Shown: positions 1 to 9,603, counted from the first letter of the stretch. The stretch is 21,532 bases of DNA from Desulfurococcaceae archaeon (GCA_038824035.1 JAWBBW010000021.1:1-21532), one strand, 5' to 3'. Notes: generated from the sequence alone by a model not told the origin. Translations and numbers: made by a program.

Positions 1-873
1 TCCTTTATCATCTTCGAGCGTCATGTATTCATTCCAAAATGTTATCTCGTATAGCCCTTTCAACCCCTTGACAACGACTTTCCCTATATCATATCCACCG
101 CGTGTTTCAAGAACCACGTCTTCCACAACGCCTTTGTCGACAATGCTACCACCCCTAAGATACTCTATGATCTTCATACAGGCTTCCTCAACATCGCCGG
201 TGTACCTCATCAATATCGAACCTATCTCCATCGCTTTCTTCAAGGCACCTGGAGCAGCATTGGCTTCTAGGTAACCAGGTGTCACGGGGTTTCTCGTGAC
301 AGCCACCATTCCTCCTGCCTGCACAGCGGCTTCCCTGACGAGCTTGTCTACGCGGTCTAGGCTACCGCGTGCCACGATCTCCACGTACATGCCTCTCTCC
401 TTGTCTCCCCCTACTGCCACCTGTATGGATACATAATTCCTCAATTTATGTAAGCCCATGGACCCCATTACGCCTGTTGGATGAGCTCTCCCATCTGCTG
501 GGGCATCCACGACTGGTATTCCAAGAGCCGATGCCGGGATCCATCCATTTGTGGATGATGTGCCACCGTTTTCCGAGGATATAAAACCGGCTATTTCCAC
601 GTCGCTGTTTTTCATAAATAGCTCGGCTGATCTAATCATGTGGGCTGGCTTAACGTACTTATCCTTAGCAGCGGGGGCGCCTACTAGCGACGCTGTCACA
701 ACAATGTCTGTTATCTTCAACTCATCAAGGCTGACTATGTATAGGTCTCCGAACTCAAGGGCTAGCCTCGCTATTGATAGACCGGTCTTGATATCTCCCC
801 CTCCACCACCACCTAGAAACGACCCGCCTAGGACTATTGACTCAGCTATTTTCTCATCAACTCTTAGCCTCAA
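1..873 (-). CDS. DUF917-family protein (S-methyl thiohydantoin desulfurase-like); 3' end beyond the left window edge
   Basis: Not in the ORF track; translated by hand. TTG start at 873 with GGGTGG about 5 nt upstream and an in-frame TGA just before. Open frame to base 1: LRLRVDEKIAESIVLGGSFLGGGGGD...VGAP...SSENGGTSSTNGW...VVDAPADGRAHPTGVMGSMGL...RGGYDIG...FWNEYMTLE. The LGGGGG, E-x-GG, D-x4-GRA-x-P and F-x-NEY motifs fit DUF917. Confidence 0.85.
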   Translation of the reverse strand, partial: MRLRVDEKIAESIVLGGSFLGGGGGGDIKTGLSIARLALEFGDLYIVSLDELKITDIVVTASLVGAPAAKDKYVKPAHMIRSAELFMKNSDVEIAGFISSENGGTSSTNGWIPASALGIPVVDAPADGRAHPTGVMGSMGLHKLRNYVSIQVAVGGDKERGMYVEIVARGSLDRVDKLVREAAVQAGGMVAVTRNPVTPGYLEANAAPGALKKAMEIGSILMRYTGDVEEACMKIIEYLRGGSIVDKGVVEDVVLETRGGYDIGKVVVKGLKGLYEITFWNEYMTLEDDKG

Positions 874-885
874 TCAAACCACCCA

Positions 886-1554
886 TTAGGCCTTGATCAA
901 ACAACTACGTTGTCTAAGGACACTGAGGGTCACTGCACCACTTGCTATTACTGGGTCCACTACCGGTATCCTGGCTATCTCCTCTGCTATTTTCGCAAAC
1001 CCTATTGTTGAGTAACCAGTACAGCCCAGGAGGATTACATCTACGTTGTTATCGAGCAATTCTTCAAGGGCTTTACGCGCTGCACTTTTACCCTGATCTG
1101 TCAATAGATCAAGAGTGTTCTCCACGCCACGTGGCTTAGCCTCTGCCACGAGGTGTTTCCCGAGTATTCTCTTAATAACCCCTGGTGTTTCCTCAGTGAG
1201 ATTTAAAACCCCTATTCTCTCGCCGAGAGAGAGGGCTATAGAGGCTGCAGCCGATCCAGCCCCTATGACGGGTATTTTCAGCTCTTTCCTGGCCTCTGCC
1301 ACAGCTGGATCGGCTGCACAGCTGATCACGACTGCCTCAACGCCCTGTTTCTCAAACTCCCTTGCAAGCCTAAGTATTTTAGGCTTCGCTTTCTCCTCCG
1401 ATTCTCTGTCATATATGCCTTTTGGCTGATCCTCAATGCTTCTACTGATGACCCTTAATTCCGGAAAAGCCCGTTCTATGAGTTTTCCATGGAGATTTAA
1501 CAACTCCTCGTCGTTGATGGTTATAACCCTAATAAGTCCGATCAAGTGTGCCAT
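886..1554 (-). CDS. Asp/Glu/hydantoin racemase family protein (hydantoin/allantoin racemase-like)
   Basis: 222 aa with the two catalytic-cysteine motifs ISCAADP and LGCTG plus IPVVDPV; GAGGTGG ribosome-binding motif upstream. Confidence 0.88.
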   Translation of the reverse strand: MAHLIGLIRVITINDEELLNLHGKLIERAFPELRVISRSIEDQPKGIYDRESEEKAKPKILRLAREFEKQGVEAVVISCAADPAVAEARKELKIPVIGAGSAAASIALSLGERIGVLNLTEETPGVIKRILGKHLVAEAKPRGVENTLDLLTDQGKSAARKALEELLDNNVDVILLGCTGYSTIGFAKIAEEIARIPVVDPVIASGAVTLSVLRQRSCLIKA

Positions 1555-1566
1555 GCCCCCACCTCT

Positions 1567-2511
1567 TCACATAGGCATACTTCTTTTCAATACATGCGAG
1601 ATCGATCCATGGATCTTCGTTATGATATCCCATTCCTCTGGGTCATAAAACCTCGCCCTGCCCATTGTGAAGTCCTTAGCCACCTCGACTACGAACCTGG
1701 TTGCTTGTTCAAGTGCAATGAAATTGGTGATGCCTGTGCCAGAACCAGGGAGGGCTAGTCTAGCGGTTATGGCCACACCCACTACGGGTGCGCTGGTGTA
1801 TAGCCATGGTTGCATCATGCTATTGATATGATATATCGGCGTTGAGAACGGAGTTATGTCCTGCATCGTTATCGGCACTATTACAGGTGGTTCACCAGTG
1901 ACCCTCATGTATATGTCTATTAAATCCTGGCTAACCTTGAGAATCCAGCCCTCCTTAACCGTAGGCGTGATCGCGAACCCTGTGTGCTTTATAACCCAGT
2001 TGGCCTTAGTGGCGTCAACTGAGAGAACCGCGTCCATGTCGGCTGTGACCTCTTTTCTCAGCAATGTGAATATATCAACCGGGGATTCCATCATTGGGAC
2101 CGGCTTATGGGGCCTAGTCGGCGCGTTTGGACATATATGGGTTGTTATGACCACGTCTCCTGGCAATATATCGCCTCTCTTACCCATCTCGGCAATCTTG
2201 TATGCAGACGCTAACGCAACTATTGCACCATCAGCATCGGAAACCATGCCTATGTAAGCCGGCCGAGCCCCAATACCACCAAGTCTCCCAATAACCCCGA
2301 GAGTCGGGGCTGACCCACCCCTTGTTTTGCCCGATGCCCCTGGGATTCTTATTTCAATGAAATCCGTGGACCCCTTTGGGCCTTGTAATGTCTCCACCTT
2401 GATCTCCATTGAGAGGTCCTTTTCCTCGAAGAATTTCTTAACACCCATGCCATTGATTTTGGGGTTTTCGAGGAGATCTATTATCTCCAATACATGTTTA
2501 AGAGTGGACAT
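1567..2511 (-). CDS. DUF1177-family protein
   Basis: 314 aa with GSTDFI, PTLGVIGRLGGIGARP, VSDADGA, THICPNAPT.PH.PVP, SVDATK, QDITP and YHINS motifs; family recognised from memory and from the neighbouring DUF917/racemase/OPT genes. Confidence 0.85.
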   Translation of the reverse strand: MSTLKHVLEIIDLLENPKINGMGVKKFFEEKDLSMEIKVETLQGPKGSTDFIEIRIPGASGKTRGGSAPTLGVIGRLGGIGARPAYIGMVSDADGAIVALASAYKIAEMGKRGDILPGDVVITTHICPNAPTRPHKPVPMMESPVDIFTLLRKEVTADMDAVLSVDATKANWVIKHTGFAITPTVKEGWILKVSQDLIDIYMRVTGEPPVIVPITMQDITPFSTPIYHINSMMQPWLYTSAPVVGVAITARLALPGSGTGITNFIALEQATRFVVEVAKDFTMGRARFYDPEEWDIITKIHGSISHVLKRSMPM

Positions 2512-2606
2512 GGTCTCGCCGATTCATAGGTATATGTTCTCTGAGGTAATATTTTTATTTTCACGCCCAGAAATAGTTATACATGTCAACATATAGAGGT
2601 GTCCAC

Positions 2607-4256
2607 ATGGTTAATAGCTCTAAAGTGGGGGAGAGGGAATATCACCCCAGAATCTACGAGCCCATAGTGCTAGGGATGGGGCTGGTGCTTGCGATATTCG
2701 GGGCAATCATTGGCATGGAGTTAATAAGCAGAGTGGGCATTAACCCCAATACATCGATAATAGGGGCATTAATAGCGATAGCGTTCTCGTATATACCAAT
2801 AGAGATCGCAAGACGCGTGAGAAATATCCACAGAATAAACCTGATGCAAACAGTGATCTCGGGGGCCACTTTCCAAGCTGGTAATGTTATATTGCTAACA
2901 ATAGCTGTTCCATATTTACTAGGCCTAGTTGAGGGAGCTTATTTCTACGGCGTTGTAATCGGTGTTTTGATCGCAGGGCTCATAGACATATTACTAGCTA
3001 ATTGGATATTTGACTCGCCTTTCTACCCAGCTAGAAATCCGTGGCCACCTGGCGTGGCAACAGCTGAGGCTATAAAAGCCGCCATAGGCAAGGGCAAGAG
3101 AGCTCTCTTATTACTATATGGCATGATATTTGGAGGTGCATTGACATATCTAGGTTATCCAGGAGATGTCGTTGGAATAACACTCATAACCCAAATAGTG
3201 GCCATAACGGCCTTTGGAATAGGACTAATACTCAGGGCTTATGGACCGCAATTAATTGGCATAGATCTCTTCAAGATATATGCACCACAGGGGATAATGG
3301 TTGGTGCCGGTATAGCAGCCCTCATACAATTCGTCATATTATATATGAAAGTAAGAAAAGAGGGTAAAAAAGCCTCTCAAAACACACCTGGATCAGCACT
3401 TGTCACAGGCATTTCCACAACAATTGTCACAGCCGATGTAGCCCTGAGAAGAATGGTCCTTGCACTAGTCATGTGGATTATCGGGGCGTTTATAACAGGG
3501 GTTTTAACGGGGTTGAACGGCTCAATGAACCCTGTATTGTTTATTATATGGGCCCTGTACACTGGTTTCCAAGCATGGTTCACGACACTTATATGTGGTT
3601 TATCAGGTATGTATGCTGGGTGGTTTCCCGCATTCGCCACGGCGTTAGCTTCGCTGGTTATAAGCCTACTCCTAGGGTTCCCACCTCTGGCGGCTGGCAT
3701 TAGTGTCGCATATGTGGCTGCCACTGGGCCCGGCATGGCCGATCTAAGCTACGACCTCAAAACAGGTTGGATACTTAGAGGCGAGGGCAAAGACCCTGAT
3801 TTCGAGAGAATTGGTAGGAGGTGGCAATTCTACGCAAAGGTGTTATCCCTGGCAATTGCATTGATACTAGTCATGATATTTTACCGCGCATATTTCGAAG
3901 CATTGAAGTTATTCCCACCGGCATCCAGGACATTAGCGGCAACAGCCGAGGCCGTTGCAGACCCCCAACTAGCTCGCTGGTTATTGACCTGGGCACCGCT
4001 AGGTTTCATACTACAGTTAATAGGTGGGCCGGAGAGACAAATAGGCATCTTGCTCGCTACGGGACTAATGATCATGAATCCACCCGCTGGCATAGCTGTC
4101 TTGGTGACAGTGGCTGCTAGGCTCATCCTTATCAAGATCTATGGTGTTGAGAAACTCAGAGATATATTCTATGTAGGCGGCGCCGGCGCTGTGGGAGGCT
4201 CAGCCATAATCTCGTTCATAGTGTATACGCTGAGGGCTTACCTAGGGCTTAAATAA
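2607..4256 (+). CDS. OPT/YSL-family oligopeptide transporter
   Basis: Long polytopic membrane protein with PNTSIIGA, N.MQT.ISGATF, PWPPGVATAE, DL.YDLKTGW and GGP.RQ.GIL motifs. Start moved from 2583 to ATG 2607, which has GAGGTG upstream. Confidence 0.85.
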   Translation: MVNSSKVGEREYHPRIYEPIVLGMGLVLAIFGAIIGMELISRVGINPNTSIIGALIAIAFSYIPIEIARRVRNIHRINLMQTVISGATFQAGNVILLTIAVPYLLGLVEGAYFYGVVIGVLIAGLIDILLANWIFDSPFYPARNPWPPGVATAEAIKAAIGKGKRALLLLYGMIFGGALTYLGYPGDVVGITLITQIVAITAFGIGLILRAYGPQLIGIDLFKIYAPQGIMVGAGIAALIQFVILYMKVRKEGKKASQNTPGSALVTGISTTIVTADVALRRMVLALVMWIIGAFITGVLTGLNGSMNPVLFIIWALYTGFQAWFTTLICGLSGMYAGWFPAFATALASLVISLLLGFPPLAAGISVAYVAATGPGMADLSYDLKTGWILRGEGKDPDFERIGRRWQFYAKVLSLAIALILVMIFYRAYFEALKLFPPASRTLAATAEAVADPQLARWLLTWAPLGFILQLIGGPERQIGILLATGLMIMNPPAGIAVLVTVAARLILIKIYGVEKLRDIFYVGGAGAVGGSAIISFIVYTLRAYLGLK

Positions 4257-4378
4257 AGGTCTAACCCTGGATCGTTTTTTACCCGGCATCACTTTACACC
4301 CTTATAATAAAGAGTATTGTTATATTAAGCGAGGACACGACATTAATAAATCATGTTAAAAAACCATGCCGATAGTGG

Positions 4379-5659
4379 GTGATGGCCCTGAAACCCATAG
4401 TATTGATCCCGTTTGCATCGGAAATACATGAAGAAAAGTACTATGGTAATGTATTCGAGTTCTTCAAAAAGCTTTTCACAAACCGCGGCGTAGTGGTTTA
4501 CGAAGGAGTTATCACATCGAGCAGTGATGCTGTAAAGGTTGCTGAGAAATACAGGGATCACTTGCCAATAGCCCTTGTTCTAACGGGGGGTACCAGTGGA
4601 TTCGTATACGATTTCGCCACTAGTGCCCCCTTTGACAAGTTGTTTATACTGGGGCATATCGAGCACAATAGCCTGGCATCCGCTATATCCATTAGAGGGA
4701 AGATCGAACGTGAGGGGTTTTCAGCGGGGATATATTGGTGTGATATCAATGACCCAGTTAACTGCGAACTAGTCGTCGATAAGTTGACGCGGATTACGCG
4801 TGCAGTGTCATTCATGATTGGATCAAGGGTCCTCGTCGTAGCTGATAAGGATAAAGGAGATGTAGAAGAGGCTTTTGAATCAAGGTTTAACTCGACTGTA
4901 GACATGATGTCGATCTCCGAGTTAGCCAGGTTTATGGAGACCATTAACAAAGACGAGGTCAGGGAGACTATAGCGGAGATCGAGGATAAATACATCATAG
5001 AGGCACCACGTAATTCCCTGGAGAAAGTATCAAGGCTTTACCTAGCACTTGGGAAAATAGCTAGAGAAAGAGGCTATGACGTTGTCACCATTGATTGTTT
5101 CCCATTCATAGTTAAATACAAAGTAACGCCGTGTCTACCGCTCTCATTGCTCAATGACAAGGGACATATAGCTGTATGCGAGGCCGATCTCACGGCCGTC
5201 GCTGGAATGATGTTAGCCAGGGCATTGACTGGTTTAAGCGGGTGGATCGGCAATGCCGTGTGGTTTAAGTCGAGACAAGCGATGTTCGCTCACTGCACAA
5301 TAGCCCTGGACATCGCTCTTGGCAAACCCAGGCTCATATCGCATTTTGAATCTAATTACCCATACGCTGTCGCATCACCTATGAAGTGCCATGTAGTCAC
5401 AGCCATATCAATGGACAGGGATTTCACATACATTGCGATTGAAAGGGGGAAAGTGGTTAAATCCGGGTTAATGGTAAATAACACTTGTAGAACACAGGTA
5501 TTGCTCGAGTTCGATCAATCCATGGATCATGTCCCGGTATATGCCCCTTCAAATCACCATGTCCTAATACCCGGGGATCATGTAGAAGAGTTATTGGAAA
5601 TAGCCCGTATATTCAACATGGATGCAGTGATGTACAGGGAGCTACCTGGGATCACTTAG
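4379..5659 (+). CDS. L-fucose/L-arabinose isomerase family protein
   Basis: 426 aa with DCFP...TPCL.LS.LND.G...CEAD, AHCT, HFES, CRTQ and NHH motifs typical of the FucI/AraA-like C-terminal region; substrate not determinable. Confidence 0.75.
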   Translation: MMALKPIVLIPFASEIHEEKYYGNVFEFFKKLFTNRGVVVYEGVITSSSDAVKVAEKYRDHLPIALVLTGGTSGFVYDFATSAPFDKLFILGHIEHNSLASAISIRGKIEREGFSAGIYWCDINDPVNCELVVDKLTRITRAVSFMIGSRVLVVADKDKGDVEEAFESRFNSTVDMMSISELARFMETINKDEVRETIAEIEDKYIIEAPRNSLEKVSRLYLALGKIARERGYDVVTIDCFPFIVKYKVTPCLPLSLLNDKGHIAVCEADLTAVAGMMLARALTGLSGWIGNAVWFKSRQAMFAHCTIALDIALGKPRLISHFESNYPYAVASPMKCHVVTAISMDRDFTYIAIERGKVVKSGLMVNNTCRTQVLLEFDQSMDHVPVYAPSNHHVLIPGDHVEELLEIARIFNMDAVMYRELPGIT

Positions 5660-5728
5660 CAATATTATTTTTTTCAAAACGGAGTCGCCATTTCATTAAC
5701 TTTTTTAAGGCCTCTGCATATCAAATAA

Positions 5729-5736
5729 TTTTTATG
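5729..5736 (+). promoter_or_regulatory. Putative TATA box of feoAB
   Basis: TTTTTATG preceded by A-rich CAAATAA, about 36 bp upstream of the preferred feoA start and directly next to the palindrome at 5738-5759. Confidence 0.45.
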
Positions 5737-5737
5737 A

Positions 5738-5759
5738 AGATTTAGATATGTCTAAATCT
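5738..5759. promoter_or_regulatory. Palindromic operator, probable DtxR/MntR-family binding site controlling feoAB
   Basis: AGATTTAGA-TATG-TCTAAATCT: perfect 9-bp inverted arms. The TTTAG-N6-CTAAA core resembles DtxR/SirR/MntR-type boxes, and it lies between the TATA-like box and feoA. Confidence 0.7.
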
Positions 5760-5771
5760 GGTGTGCTTACA

Positions 5772-6005
5772 ATGAAACATGGATATATTAGTCTCGACTC
5801 GGTTTCAACGGGGAGGAAAGTCGTTGTCAAATCCATTGATGGGAAAGGATGGGTTAAGAGACTATATCAATTGGGCATAACACCTGGCGCGGTACTCGAA
5901 GTAATTGCCAACAATGCCCATGGCCCCGTGATCGTGAGAGTCGGGGACACAGAGGTGGCGATAGGAAGGGGTATTGCGAAGAGGATATTTGTGGAGGTGA
6001 ATTAA
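5772..6005 (+). CDS. feoA: Ferrous iron transport protein A
   Basis: KRLYQLGITPG...GPVIVRVG.TEVAIGRGIA.RI.V FeoA signature, 4 bp upstream of feoB. ATG 5772 (GGTGTG upstream) preferred over 5748, which lies inside the operator. Confidence 0.93.
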   Translation: MKHGYISLDSVSTGRKVVVKSIDGKGWVKRLYQLGITPGAVLEVIANNAHGPVIVRVGDTEVAIGRGIAKRIFVEVN

Positions 6006-6009
6006 CCAG

Positions 6010-8091
6010 GTGAGACGACTGAGGGTTGCTTTAGCTGGTCAACCCAATGTGGGTAAATCAACGCTTTTCAATGTATTGACCAAAGGACACGTGCTCGTAG
6101 TCAACTGGCCCGGTACCACTGTTGAACTCCACGAGGGCAGGTTGACTCATAATAACTGTGAGATAATCCTCGTAGATCTGCCGGGCATATATGGCTTATC
6201 ATACTTAACACTCGAGGAGAGAATAGCCCGTAGGTATATAGTTGAGGAAAGGCCCGATGTAATAGTGGTGTTGGTTGATTCCTTAGCCCTCGACAGGACT
6301 CTGCACTTGGCAATAGAGATCATGGAGCTCTCCTCCAACATCATTATAGCTATCACTAAGATCGATATCACTCATAGCAAGGGCATACACGTGAATTACG
6401 AGTTAATGGCCAGGAAACTCGGTGTCCCAGTGATCCCGTTGTCGGCTATAAAGGGGATTGGCATTGAGAGATTACTCCACGAGATCGCGAGATTTCACAT
6501 CATTCGTGGAGAACCATTGGTAATAGATTACGGCGTTTTAAACAACACCATTGAGAAAATGATATCGATGTTAAAGCCCGTAGAGCACTTGTTTAAATAC
6601 CCCTTGCGCTGGATTGTTGTCAAGTTCCTAGAAGGAGATGTAGAAATAGAGTCCTTGTTGAGAAACACCGTCATGGATTTATACGTTGATTTAACCGGGT
6701 TAAGGGAAAACGCCTCAAGGCTCGTAAACGAAGACCTCGCTGCTTACATATACAAGCGGAGATCAGCGTTTATCGAGAACTTGCTCCGAGATGTAGTGGT
6801 TAAAACAAAACTGGCTTTGACCAGGGAGAGTGGTTTATCCAAGTTGTTCTACAAGCAATATATAGGCCCATTGTTCTCGTTCATTTTCCTCATACTAGTG
6901 TTCTCGGTGGCGTTCTTCATCAATACAGGGTATCCATTGACAGCTTTACTGGAGTCTCTCGGCCGCGATGATCTAGCCGAATTGATCCACAGGTACACTC
7001 TTGGAGGCATTGTCGAGAAATCACTGGAAACCCTGTCAGAGTATTTGTATAGCCAGTTCAGTGAAACCCCTTTGACAAGGCTAGTTGTAGAAGGGGTTTT
7101 GGGTGGTGTCAGCGCCTTGTTGTTGTTTATACCACTCATAGCCATTGTGCTATTGTTCCTAGGAATTATCGAGGACTCTGGCTTATTGCCGAGAATCGCC
7201 GTTGGAATACATGGTTTAACCCAGTGGATTGGTCTATCCGGCCACGCGCTGTTACCTGTGACCGTGTCGCTTGGATGTAATGTACCCGGTGCTTTATCCA
7301 TAAGGGCTATTCCCAACAGCCTTGAGCGATTCAGGTTATTGGTGCTTATCCCATTCATACCATGTCAGGCAAGACTAGTCGTCTTACTTGCTTTATCGAC
7401 ATTTGGCGGAATCGCCGGTGTCTTATTAACACCGATCGCATATATCACAGCGTTCATGGTTTTCATCGTACTCAACTACTTGCTATACAGGTTATCGACT
7501 AAGCGCGGAGAGGAGACAGGGGTTGAATTATTACTGGAAATCCCTCCACTTCATAGGCCACATCCACGTGTCTTATGGTGGTTTACATGGTCTAATTTAA
7601 AGCACTTCATCATGAAGATAGGCTTATTGCTAGTTGTGTTAAATGTATTGACATGGCTATTGGCTAATACAACGCCTCAGTTAAACCTAGCCAACGATGT
7701 CGATGAGAGCATAGCTGCACATATCTCGAGGATTTTCACACCGTTATTAAGCCCACTGGGCATTCAAGGCGCAAATGCCTGGATAGTAGTGTTCGCGTTG
7801 ATTATGGGTTTCTTTGCAAAGGAGATCTTCATTTCAACACTACTCGTAGTGACCAAGAGCTACGGCGTGAAAGAGGCATTAATGGTTTTAAACATCACGC
7901 CTGCATCACTCGTGGCATTAGGGGTTTTCACAGTGCTCTATGTACCATGTGTTGCAACAGTGTTGACAATTTACGACGAGACGAGGAGCCTGAAGACAGT
8001 GCTGGCGAGCATAGCCATTATGTTAATAGTGGCATATTCATCATCGATCATAGCATACCACGTCTCAGCACTAGTAATGCCGGTTAAGTGA
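6010..8091 (+). CDS. feoB: Ferrous iron transport protein B
   Basis: G-domain motifs GQPNVGKS, NWPGTTVE, DLPG and TKID; membrane domain with EDSG..PR.A, GCNVP, PFIPC.ARL, LEIP, AKE and LY.PCVAT. Confidence 0.96.
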   Translation: MRRLRVALAGQPNVGKSTLFNVLTKGHVLVVNWPGTTVELHEGRLTHNNCEIILVDLPGIYGLSYLTLEERIARRYIVEERPDVIVVLVDSLALDRTLHLAIEIMELSSNIIIAITKIDITHSKGIHVNYELMARKLGVPVIPLSAIKGIGIERLLHEIARFHIIRGEPLVIDYGVLNNTIEKMISMLKPVEHLFKYPLRWIVVKFLEGDVEIESLLRNTVMDLYVDLTGLRENASRLVNEDLAAYIYKRRSAFIENLLRDVVVKTKLALTRESGLSKLFYKQYIGPLFSFIFLILVFSVAFFINTGYPLTALLESLGRDDLAELIHRYTLGGIVEKSLETLSEYLYSQFSETPLTRLVVEGVLGGVSALLLFIPLIAIVLLFLGIIEDSGLLPRIAVGIHGLTQWIGLSGHALLPVTVSLGCNVPGALSIRAIPNSLERFRLLVLIPFIPCQARLVVLLALSTFGGIAGVLLTPIAYITAFMVFIVLNYLLYRLSTKRGEETGVELLLEIPPLHRPHPRVLWWFTWSNLKHFIMKIGLLLVVLNVLTWLLANTTPQLNLANDVDESIAAHISRIFTPLLSPLGIQGANAWIVVFALIMGFFAKEIFISTLLVVTKSYGVKEALMVLNITPASLVALGVFTVLYVPCVATVLTIYDETRSLKTVLASIAIMLIVAYSSSIIAYHVSALVMPVK

Positions 8092-8138
8092 TAGCTTTTA
8101 ATACCAAGATATAGATATATCAAACACTGAACTTGATA

Positions 8139-8213
8139 GGGCCCGTCGCCTAGCCAGGATAGGGCGCCGGCCTCCTAAGCCGGAGGCCCGGGGTTCGAAT
8201 CCCCGCGGGCCCG
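8139..8213 (+). tRNA. tRNA-Arg(CCT), intronless, CCA not encoded
   Basis: Acceptor stem GGGCCCG/CGGGCCC, anticodon arm CCGGC-CTCCTAA-GCCGG (CCT at 8174-8176), T arm CGGGG-TTCGAAT-CCCCG, discriminator G at 8213; short T-run follows. Confidence 0.97.
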
Positions 8214-8832
8214 TGGCTTTTTCCATTTATATAAACGCTCATGCAATGATTTAGATCGATGACGACATGGTCTTGGAAAACCCGTTAATATGGAGCCCTT
8301 GGATCACTTGTTTTAAATGCCATTGAAATAACATTTACTCTCAACACTTATTTAACGCAATAAACCCGGCACGTCGACTTATAGGCCTTGATCCTTGAAA
8401 AACGTTCACTCGGTTTCCTAGAATCGCTCTTTCTAATATACCTGTTACAGGGTTTTCACAACAAGGCCAGCATTACAATATCCATTCTGATAAGATACCG
8501 ATACCATGTTGTAAACTTCGAAATATGCACATCATCCGGTTTTTAAACAAGTCTAGGTAAAATCCACTTCACCTGATTTACATCCCTATTCGCGGAGCAG
8601 TGTATTGAAAACACGTGGCATTAATACTGCTTATTCGTCGTCCATCACCTTGATCACAAATCTCTCCATTACCTCGGATATCTCTGAACACCGGAGGAGT
8701 TATCAAACCAATTCTCCTAGAACACCTTGTTACAAGCAATATAGAGAGGAGTTGTGAACAACTAGGTGTATAATAGTGGAGTAAATATATCCAGGGCTAT
8801 ACATAGAATCGAGTGTCACGGGGACAGGTGGA

Positions 8833-9603
8833 TTGCCCTCGTGGGATGTTCACAGGGGCATCACTCTTGCGGCTTTATCAATGCTAGGGGATAATAAGCT
8901 GAGCGAGGACATGGTAAAACACCTGCTTGAAGGAGTAGTGGATCCTGATCGAGTGCCTGACAAGGAGCCGCGTCTACGCCTATCTAGGAGAGGAAATATC
9001 TACGCGTCGATGAGCTATGCGAGACATCATGGATATCAACGCGATCTCGTGGACTACTATTTTAATCTAGCACTCTATTATCACAGGAGAGGTGATGGGA
9101 GGAAATCAATGTTAATGCTCGGCAGAGCACTACACTATGCCCAGGACAGCTCACTGAGTAGGAGAAAACTCCTAGTAATCGATGTCCACGAGATCGAGGA
9201 GGATGTGATGAATAAGCTGGCCAACACTCCTCAGAGAGTGTTAGACCTGTGTAAAGGGGTTGTTGTGGATAGGAAAGAGATGTCTTCTCGAGGAGACGAA
9301 GCAGTATGCATAGCTCTCGAGAAAACAAAATCCATGCTCAAACGCTTCACCGAGGAGATAGGTAAAGCGATAGATATTCGAGCCCTGAGGAATAAAGTGA
9401 TAAAGATAAGGTTGTTGAAGACTCTCCTGGTTCTTGCCCTAACCATACCAGCGTTCATCAACCAGTTTGATCCCATGTTCATAGGAATGGCGTTTATAAC
9501 GTGCATAGCTGTATACGTATATAAACCAAGGACATATTACGAAGCAATGAGAGCTGGATTGATGATCGTGAAACCCATTGGGTATAAACCAGCGTATCCA
9601 TAG
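8833..9603 (+). CDS. Zn-dependent phospholipase C / P1-nuclease superfamily protein with C-terminal membrane hairpin
   Basis: N-terminal W-x-x-H (MPSWDVH), G-x3-PD (GVVDPD), HH, LGRALHYAQD and a later H-x3-E (HEIEE); two hydrophobic segments near the C-terminus; TTG start after AGGTGG. Confidence 0.65.
   Translation: MPSWDVHRGITLAALSMLGDNKLSEDMVKHLLEGVVDPDRVPDKEPRLRLSRRGNIYASMSYARHHGYQRDLVDYYFNLALYYHRRGDGRKSMLMLGRALHYAQDSSLSRRKLLVIDVHEIEEDVMNKLANTPQRVLDLCKGVVVDRKEMSSRGDEAVCIALEKTKSMLKRFTEEIGKAIDIRALRNKVIKIRLLKTLLVLALTIPAFINQFDPMFIGMAFITCIAVYVYKPRTYYEAMRAGLMIVKPIGYKPAYP

Noticed and set aside
23-2596. Plus-strand ORFs in the track (23-274, 369-584, 551-889, 1115-1429, 1856-2257 and others)
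   Set aside because: Antisense shadows of well-supported minus-strand genes. The PPPPPP run in 551-889 is the reverse of the DUF917 GGGGG motif. The same applies to the other short ORFs nested in real genes across the window.
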